NCBI GenBank assembly: GCA_010909165.1
Contig: VJWM01000258.1
Coordinates: forward strand, 124,001-188,000
Reading direction: 5' to 3'
Origin: Anthoceros angustus
Taxonomy: Eukaryota; Plantae; Anthocerotophyta
Length of the DNA stretch: 64,000 nucleotides
A program made the position numbers and the translations under genes. This document shows positions 54,541 through 64,000 of this stretch, one piece after another. Within the stretch, counting starts at the first letter, position 1; the number at the start of each line of letters is the position of its first letter. The notes beneath the pieces are model-generated. The model had not been told where the DNA came from. It did not search any database and saw only the letters and a program-made list of their open reading frames with translations.

Positions 54541-54619
54541 TGTAAGTTGGTATGAGAAGAACGTTCAATGGCAACACATTCCCTCGCCCTCTATGGTACT
54601 GTGATGGGTCGTTGCGGGT

Positions 54620-56200
54620 CAAACGGTCAAACTGGACTCTCTGCCACCTGCAATCGGAAGCTGACCTGTTTGCCTCCGATTGCTGAAGCCTGCCCACCAA
54701 CCCGTTTGCGCTGTCGTGGCCATGTATGTAATGTGAAGCTCTCAGTTGAACTGCAGCCATGGCTGAAGCTCAAGTATGTATCCATGTGAAGGCCCATCAG
54801 AATACATAGGGCCCTTGAAGAGCCGTTTCCCATGTAACCCTGGCCTGGCCCTCAAAAAACGCATGGGTTGGATGCTCATGAAATGGAAAAGCATGTGCTG
54901 GGCCGCCACATGCCCTTGCGATACCGAAATCGGTCTTTACAAGCGTCGGGGTTTCACACTGGCAGCATACAGCACTTCCGCATGGTATGCCCAAAGTCCG
55001 AATCACAGCATGGTCCGCCCTTTAGCTCACGAACGATTGTAAAAGGGGTCGGAATCAGGTGTCCTCCTCTGCAATGTTGTGCCAAATCTGGACCCGTATT
55101 TTCAACTGGAAAAAAGGCAAATCCTGGACAGGACAGGCTGGAGGGTGAAGTTTCAGGATTGAGCATAATGGAGAATGTTCACCATGTATGACAGGGTACT
55201 CGCAATTTCGACCTCATCTCTTCCCAGTCGCGCAAGGTGGTGTGGCTGAAAACAGGTGCGACTGTTTAGTGGAGGCTGCAGGTGCAGCCGCCAGTCCATT
55301 CTATGTGAGACAGTGCCAAGCTGGCTTGCCTTTAAATTACCGTTGCTTCGGCTTGTCTGGCAACATGAAGACATCCGGAGCTTGACAATAATGTCCGGAG
55401 TTATTGGATACGGGTTTGGAAGGGCCGCATCTCATGCACATGGCTCATGAGGAGGTTGTCTGTACAGCCTTGTTCCCATGTCCGGGAAGGACCACTGGGA
55501 ACATTTTGTTACTGCAAAAGTTTCAGTTTCGAGAAAATGCATATGCCAACACTTTGTTGACGACGGCACATCCGAAAACTCGCTCCGAATGTGCTTGCAT
55601 GCTTTCACAGACGCGCCTGCCCTAGCTGGGTCATGTTACATGGTCAGTGCCAACGTTTGAGCTTTGTAGAGGAAGTGTGTGGTGCTGGTAGCATCCGTGC
55701 CCTAGCTAGGTCATCAATGCAGCCTGTGTGGCCATGGCAGTGGAAACCGAGCCGGACCCATGCTGCGAGGAAGGTGCTGGGCTTTGTTTCCCAGGCGTTG
55801 ATCGGGAGTGTGAAGAATCGCAACTTTCATGAGACTATACATGACACAAAAGAGAAAAATCCAATGCATTGGCACAAAGCGGTAAGAAGTGCCACAACTA
55901 TATGATTGTCAGGCCTGCTTCACACCTGATCCTGGCATCTGCAGGTAGAATCTGATGGCTTCAGATGGCTTTCCCTTTCGAGCAAAAGCCAAGATTATGG
56001 ACGACGACATGAACGCGTCTGGAACAAGCACCTTGGTAACGCTTGCACAGCTTCGTCCAATTTGCCATGGCAAGCGTAAATGCAGATGATGGGGTCGGCC
56101 AGAGGAATGCCCTGCACTCGTACCCACTTATAACAGGCAGAGAATGGGCCCGCTTCCCTAGACCCACAGGCCCACATCCCTCTCAGCCCCGCATCTTTCT
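54620..56200 (-). pseudogene. Degenerate pentatricopeptide-repeat gene remnant
   Basis: Fragments PIICIYACHGKLDEA and PDAFMSSSIILAFARKGKPSEAIRFYLQMPGSGVKQ, interrupted by stops and frameshifts. Confidence 0.65.
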
Positions 56201-57815
56201 CAGGACCAGCCGGAAACCAGACAGGCTAACAGAAAACCCTCACAGAGGACCAAGAGCTCCAACACTTCAACAGCCTCGCACCGCTCCACTCTCGCTGTGT
56301 CTGGTCAGGGTTTCACCCATAGAGGATGTGAATCTGGACAGCAAGCCAGCATCCCTCCTGGCCTGGTGCTCATCCACCCACTCAGGCTTGTACGAATTGT
56401 CGAGCAACAGCGGGGGCTTCAACGTCTTGTGCCATCCTGGGGGCTCTTGGCAATGGCATCCGCCCTGTAGTCCCACCACTGCCAGGGATCTGAGAAGAAG
56501 TCTGCCTCTGGTGCTCCCTGAGCTACTGCAGACGTTCCTGACGCCCAACATGCCTTTCCTACTACTTCATTGCAGGAACGATTATCGAGACGACGACGAC
56601 AGAGCAAGCGCTGCTCGTTTAGCAATCGGCATGTCTAGATAAAAATATTCCCGAATGTCATAACCCACGGTCATAAAACGACCTTCAAGGTCTTCCTTCG
56701 AGTAACATAAAGGCTCGTTTGACTGACTGGATGTCGGCTGTGAAGTGCAGGCTTCTCTTTGCTCCAGCTTCTTGTTGTCTCCCATTTATCATATTTCCGC
56801 TTGGAAAATGGGTAGTCTAACCGGAAGTCAAGTTCTGTTATATCCCAAGTCCTGTGTCTTGCAGAGAGGGACAAAGAAGCCGCTGTAAGAAGACCAGTAC
56901 CTGATTAAAATATTAATATCATATAATTTGTTACGTAAATGCTCATAATAACGCGCTGGGGGGTGATGGAGAGGTGCCAGGCGGGATGCCTTGAATGGAC
57001 ACCAAGAATCATTAAGAACGGACCTGTACATGGTGAATGATAAAGGCCTAAAAGCGTGTTCCCAACATGGGTGTACAGCGCGCGTACTTTGGTCATGCGG
57101 GATTCCGAACTGAAGCGCGAATCGCGATTTGTCAAGCGGGGCAGTAGCTGGCAATGGGCATGGTGGGATCCGTAACCGGCGCTGAAGTGCGCGGTAAACC
57201 GCGCGGCGAACTGCGGGGGGCAGCGGGGGAAGGCGGTGGCGCGCGGTTCGGCTCGGCGCGGGGCCGGGCCCGGGCCCCCCGCTCGGGAGTCGGGCCGCGA
57301 CCTGCGGTCCTTCCCTCCCGCTCGCGCGCTCGTCGCGGCGGGCGATACTCACCGGGCGGCGGAACCGGCTCCCGGAAACTGCTCTTTCCCGATAAATTAT
57401 TAGCGCGGCCGGAGTTTGCCGGTAACGGAGGCCCAGCCGGGCGACCGTTTCCGGTTTGAAAAGGGCGAGAGCGGGAGAGGCGGAGCATTCGCCGGGGGGC
57501 GGGATTCGCCGAGCGCGTCTCGCGCTGATCTCTGAGCGCGCTCTGCTCCCGCTCTGCGCTCGTCCCGTCCTCCTCCTCCTCCACCTCCTCCACCTCCTCC
57601 TCCTCCTCCTCGCCTCGTCCTGCTCCTGGTCCTCTCTCTGCGCGGCCTGCGAGCTCTGGCCACACAGCCAGCCCACATGAGAGAGGCGGGGCTCGCTCTG
57701 GCGGGATTGTCCCGCGTGAGCTGGCTGCTCAGTCCGGCCTGCCTGTCCTTTCAGGCTCGCATTTCCGCCGCTGCTCGCCGGACGGGCCCTTGCGCAACGG
57801 CAGCCGACCGGAGAC

Positions 57816-59246
57816 ATGGTACTCACGCTGCTGCCGCTGTCTCTGCATCCGATGCTGCAGTGCTTTGCCTCTTGCGGAATTCGCTTGGGAATGTTTGTGG
57901 TCAAGTCGGGGAGTGCTATGTGGAATTGGCGGCCTTTTGCTCCTCTCCTGTGTGCTCAATTATGGCGGCTGTGCAGGTGGGATATGCTATCACTCTAGTG
58001 CCTCAAAGGCCGGATTGGTTGGAGGCGCTGCTCACCGAGAAGTTCTTCAGTCCCTGCCTCAAGCACGCCGCTGCTAAGAAGAATGAGAGGAACATCTTCT
58101 GCCTCGATTGTAATGACAGCATCTGTCAGCATTGCCTCTCGCCGCACCGGACGCACCGTCTGCTCCAGGTAGTCACTCGAAGTGCCGTTTCTGCAGCTCT
58201 TACTCATGCCGAATTGCAACGTTTTGAGCTTGAGCTCTCTCAACTTGTTTGCCGCAAGTAGATCTCCGAAATCTGTGCTCAGCGGATCCGGAGCAGCTGA
58301 GAATTCAGATCTGGAGTCGCAGTGGCTGGCCGATTTAGCTGAATGTGGAGCTGCTGGCTCAACTCGAGTTCCTCGCCTCAATTTTCGGTGTTTGCTTTCA
58401 GATCCGGAGATATGTTTACCACGATGTAATTCGACTACAAGACATTCAGAAATTGGTGGACTGCGCCTTAGTTCAGGTATGGAATCGGGGGCATGGGAAG
58501 CGGTGGATTGGATTTAGTCTCATGCCGTTCAGATCTGCATGTGCTGCTTCAAAGGCAATTAGGATAATTAGTCTTGAGATTGGACCTCGCGACACTGCTG
58601 GCTGCACAATTCGTCGCCTCATTTCCTTGCCGCTCGCCGTACTTGCAGACGTACATCATCAACAGCGCGCGGGTGGTGTTTCTGAACCAGAGGCCTCAGC
58701 CCCGGCCTACAAAATCGCAGGGTAATGCGTGTGAAACCTGCGACAGGAGCCTCCAGGACGCCTACCGCTACTGCTCCGTTGCCTGCAAGGTGAGCAGTAG
58801 TGAATTCTGCCTTCAAAGTTCCCCCATTTCGTGCACTGCAGCCATTTCCGGAAATCGAACAGTGGTGCTCGATGCAGGTGGATGCTACCATCAGTCAAGG
58901 TGTGGAATTAGCGGGGATCTTGCCGCGCTGCAATAGTCTGCCCTTCACAGACTTCTGCCCCTGCTCGCCACCGGACAGCGACAAGACTGGCAAGGTGGAA
59001 ATTGAGGAAGACTTCTCTCCCAACTCGGTGCTGGATAAGCCGCAGTCTCTAACGTCGTCGGCCTCTACTGACCTGGACGACAGCAATTGTTGCGCCACTC
59101 TTACCTCCACCGCCACCACTGTGTCTCCATTCAAGAAGAGCAGAAGTTGTCGGCCCCCATCAACCCCGCCTGCCATCCCTCCGTCTCCCAGGATACCCTC
59201 TGTCAACAGAAGAAAGGGCACGCCACACCGGTCACCTAGTTACTAA
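57816..59246 (+). CDS. PLATZ zinc-binding transcription factor (probable ATG-only first exon at 57816, intron to 57976; alternative start 57962)
   Basis: [37 protein letters not shown] / [11 protein letters not shown] / [32 protein letters not shown] / [10 protein letters not shown]. Confidence 0.95.
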
Positions 59247-60864
59247 CCGCTCCCTGCCTTGCTTTCCTCTGAGGAAGCAGCTTGGCTTCGCTGCGGGGCA
59301 CTACTGCAGGGGCTTGCCCTCCTGCAAGAAGGAGGCTAGTTCTCTCGCTGCTGCGTCAGAGAGTTCTACTTATTCTGCTACTTTCTCTACTTGGCGTCAG
59401 ACCCTCCAGGTTGCACTTTCTTCGACCCAGAAGCATCCTTGTGTTTTATGGCCCTCTAGCTGCAGCGGTTTTTCATCGTTGCTTTCGTGTTTGCTGCCAT
59501 TGCCTCTGAGGATCAAGGGTTGCAGTTTTCAGCAGACATCTACCACTGAGGGTGGGCGGGTTATAACTTAATATGTAGCAGCTGGGCAGACTGGATTCGT
59601 TGATATACAAGCCATTGAGGTAAAATTTTTCATTTGAGGCTTGTGTCAAATCACGAGTGTATGGGAGATTCGTACAGAACCCTTCCGTACATATTTAGGT
59701 CCAAATATTGGGACCTTGAGCGGACTGTTCCTGTGTATGAGAATGAGAGGTGTGGATGGAGCAATTTCCGCCTGTACCATGCGTGGGCATCGTGAAAATC
59801 TCGATAAAAGCTGATGTTGTATCTGGCGGGTGCAGACGCTTTATCCCGTACAGAAATACGTGTTTGTATAGCCTACAGAGGTCTTCAGTGAGGTAACAGC
59901 AGACTGTCGACAAAGCTGTTGCCAGTTGGTGAATTCGTGAACATCGTTTTCACCTTCTGTTGAAATGTAACTACGGGATTTCACTTGTGTAGATCAGGGA
60001 TTTTGATGGAGGTTATCGTTGCTCGCGGAGAATCCTACAGTCTGCAGTCTGCTGACGTACAACGCGTTGATGATAGCGAACATCCAAGCTTCCAATCGAT
60101 AACTAAAACGTTAAGTTTTAATCGACAGCTCAAAACTAAAATATTACGTATGTTCAAATTGAGACCGAAATCATTGCTGTTCAAATCAAGAGTTTAAAAC
60201 CATTCCCTTGAAATGAAAAGTTAAAACCATGACTTTCAAATCGAGAGTAAAAAAAGATTCGAATGTATAGCACAAAAATATTAGCTCAAATTGATAACTT
60301 AAATATTACGTTAGACTAAATCCTATCCACTACTTCCAATCTCCTAGATCATCTGTTTATCCAGTACATGTCCGCGTGTAAGCTAGCAAGTACATAACCC
60401 AGACAAAAAGCCAGTAGCTGTCCGCGTATAAGCTAGCAAGTACATAACCCGAGCACAAAGCCGTTCTGGATATGTGACGTTTGGATCCATTGATAGCTAA
60501 AATATTATGTGTGATCAAATTGAGAGAAAATCATTAAGTTAAAATCAAGAGTTCAAACCATTAGGTTCAAATTGAAAAAACTTTTAAATATGAAATGAAA
60601 TGGATAGCTAAAAATATCATGTTAAAATTGAAAGCTAAAGTATTAGGTTAGACTAAATCCAATCCACTGCTTCCAATGTTCCCGATCACCTATTTATCCA
60701 ATTTTTTTCGGCACCTCACTTCCATGTCATGCAAGGAGGCCGGCAACTTCCTCGATGAAGCAGAGACAACAACTGATGGAAAAGCTTGAAAAGCATTTTA
60801 AGTACTTTGCTAATTCTGCCAGGTTTTATATCACCACTGATGCTTGAAATTTGATTTCTATACT

Positions 60865-63800
60865 GATTCCCGACTAGGTTATGGGCTCATTGACTAATCA
60901 ATGAAGCTGTGCAGTTGCCATTGCCTGTCAACGGTTCATGGTTTCTAGGTTGTGTGCATGCACCTTGGTGGTAGGCAACGCAACGCCGGAAGTGACAGGA
61001 CGCAAGTGCAACTGGAGATTGATGTTGGCTACCGAGGTCAATTTCTATGAACGCTGGCTCAACGTTGACCTATGAACGCTCCTCTCCTACCGGATACACA
61101 TTGGATTTTTCAACTAGCGAGTAACTAAAAGCTGGTATGCCTTTTAAGATGATATGTCACGACATGGAATTTCTACATTCGGATCATTCAAGAGATAATA
61201 TTTGAAGGTGAACATACACAAAGCGTTCGGGTCTTTGGGAAGGTTGTTTTTGATGGTTGTCGGAATATCCCTTTTAGGATGTAATTGCCAAATTCGTACT
61301 GAAAAAACGGGTTTAACTCACAGTCATGGCATCTTCCTTTCAACGGACCACCATAGCGTAATCGGTAGTACCACTTTCGCAGATGCGACTTACCAGAATA
61401 ATACCCATGTTGGCTCCCATCCTCGGGTAAAATACTTGCTCCGGATTTTTGGTGCCTTTTATTCCAATCATTGTGAAGCGAGCTGGATGATTGTGTGAAA
61501 TCATATTCTCGAACTAAGGAGTGCCATGTGTACACCCGCGCCTTTGAAATAATCAAACGTGTGAACGCTTGAACATTACGCGGGTGATGTCGGCCGCATC
61601 GACGGCCCGCCCGGCCTTGCGGCGCTTGGAATCATGATTACATAAACATTGATAGCGTCATTATACGATCATGATTACGACATGCGGTTATGGATTGTGA
61701 AAGCGATGTGATCAATGCTCAGCGCTATCGTCATATCTGAAAGGGTTTTCACTAGTGAAAGGCAACCATATATGCCAAGATGGTGTTGCGGCTTGACGGA
61801 AGCATGTCCACAATAGAAGGCGAGGTTTGCAAGGAACTCAATGCCGGCATGATGTCACACTTTTGTCTTAACATTTCAGGAGAAAGTAATATATTTTTCT
61901 ACTATCTTTGGACTCCGCAATCCAGTCGCAGCATGTTAGATATCATGAAACTAGGTGCGGAGTTGTTCCACACTTATTCCCAAACCCAAAACACATGACA
62001 TTACTCCTACTTTGAATCGAGACCCTCACCCTCCTTCAATGGTGTCATTACCATCATTGTCGCCTCCATCGCCTCATTGGAAGTGCATGGAATTCGTCGG
62101 AGCACTCACTTCTCCTTTATAGCTTTTTATCCGGCTCGTCTGAGATGCTTCACGGAAGTTAGCTTAAAACCCATAGTATACTATAACGCTTTTTTTACAA
62201 ACAAATTTTGATGTTTGGAGGTCTTTGCACTTTCACCTTTTCGCAAGTGGCTCTTCCATTTCACTCCTCGAGAAATACTCCCCAACATATTTGCCCTCGT
62301 AAGCATCGCAGGTCCGTCGCCACCGATTGCACAAGTATATAGGGTTCGGTGCAGAGGTGGATAACAATCTTCGATACTTTAAACGCCATGTTGTGTGTCG
62401 CCTTCACGGCGTCACAATGAACATTCTTCTCTATCTCCGTGATATTTCCATTCATCCTCCATTTCCTCTGGCGATAGTGCTTTGATGGGCCCTAGGTACA
62501 TGGCCTTGTGGTATATCGCATAATAAAGCCTCATCCAATCACTTCTTCCGGTATCTACTTGGAGGAATGCCTCACGCTGCCCCTGTCGTACCATCTCCAA
62601 GGGGTTATCGTCCAATGTTATGGTCTACTATATTTGCGATTTCAACTTGATCATTCTAGAAATCCATCCACCATTCTTCCTCCGCAGTAGTCAAATAAGT
62701 TGGTAGCTTTTATCAATCCTTTCTTCAAGTGATCTAACGCCTTGGTAAAGATTCTCACTTTTGTCTTGACAGGCTGCCATCAATTGGCCGATGATGTCTC
62801 TGGAACATAAGACAAAAACTCCATCTTTGAATTCTATCGATTCCGACTAGGTTATGGGCTCATTGACTAATCAATGCGGCAATACCATTGCTCATGGTTT
62901 CATAGTTTCTAGGTTGTGTGCATGCACCTTGGTGGGTAGACGCCAGTACGCCTCGATTCGTAGCTTGTACGCAAGTGCAACCGAGATTGATGTTGGCTAC
63001 CGAGGTCAATTTCTATGAACCGGCTCAACGTTGACCTATGAACGCTCCTGCCCTCCGATACACATTGGATTTTTCAACTAGCGAGTAACTAAAAGCTTCG
63101 GTGCGTCTTTAAGATGAATGTCACGACATGGAATTTCTACATTCAGATCATTCAGAAACAGCATAATATTTGAAGCGGCTGAACATACACCAAGCGGCTC
63201 CGGGGGTCTTTAAACTGGGAAGGTTGTTTTTGATGGTTGTCGGAATATCCCTTTTAGGATGTAATTGCCAAATTGCATCAAAAACGGTTTAACTCACACG
63301 TCATGGCATCTTCCTTTCAACGCACCACTAGCGTAACGGTAGTACCACTTCGCAGCAGACTTACCAGAATAATACCCATGTTGGCTCCCCATCCTTGGTG
63401 CAAAATACTTGCCTCTGGATTTTTTGCCTTTTATTCCAATCATTGTAAACAGAGCCGATGATTGTGTTGAAATCATATTCCGAACTAAGGAGTGCCATTT
63501 GCGTCTTTAAATAATAATAACGCGTGAACGCGGCATGGGTGGCACAGGCGTCGGCGCCCAGCATCGGTAAATGTTGCCGCCGCCAGTTGGAATCATGATT
63601 ACATAAACATTGATAGCCATTATGGATCATGATTACGACATGCGCTTGGTGGATTGTGAAACAGGCGATCAATGCTCACCAACGCGTCGTCATGCTCTGA
63701 TAAAGGGTTTTCACTAGTGAAAGGCAACCATATATGCCAAGATGGTGTTATGCTTGACTAAGCATGTCCACAATAGGCGGTTTGCAAGGAACTCAATGCG

Positions 63801-64000
63801 GCATGATGTCACACTTTTGTCTTAACATTTCAGGAGAAAGTAATATATTTTTCTACTATCTTTGGACTCCGCAATCCAGTCGCAGCATGTTAGATATCAT
63901 GAAACTAGGTGCGGAGTTGTTCCACACTTATTCCCAAACCCAAAACACATGACATTACTCCTCGCCTGAATCGAGACCCTCACCCCCTCCTTCAATGGTG
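60865..64000. repeat. ~1.2 kb direct duplication (60865-62044 vs 62839-64000) of decayed, probably TE-derived coding-like sequence
   Basis: Colinear copies that differ by many small indels and garbled patches. Only fragmentary minus-strand ORFs are present. Confidence 0.8.

Overview
Eukaryotic land-plant nuclear DNA. It is gene-dense with short GT-AG introns, and this compact style suggests a lycophyte such as Selaginella (inference). Order of content: a TE-like nest with an AT-hook ORF, direct and inverted repeats and a fold-back (1-6060); the NPSN SNARE gene; an orphan intronless ORF; a HIBCH-like hydrolase; a pyrimidine 5'-nucleotidase; MIPS; UTP20; a COX7-like subunit; RAD51C; a decayed CRE-clade RLE LINE; a D27-like isomerase; a plastid membrane protein; a GT31 galactosyltransferase; a GDSL lipase; a secreted Cys-rich protein; a PPR remnant; a PLATZ factor; and a duplicated decayed TE-like tail. 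The best candidate novelty is a 157-158 bp tandem array in NPSN intron 4. Each unit folds as hairpin-H box-hairpin-ACA, like a tandemly amplified box H/ACA snoRNA, and the 5' pocket fits the conserved 18S site equivalent to yeast Psi1181. The second MIPS copy and the partial UTP20 copy are near-identical mosaics joined at 9-10 bp microhomologies. Together with many homopolymer frameshifts, this most likely reflects assembly or consensus error.
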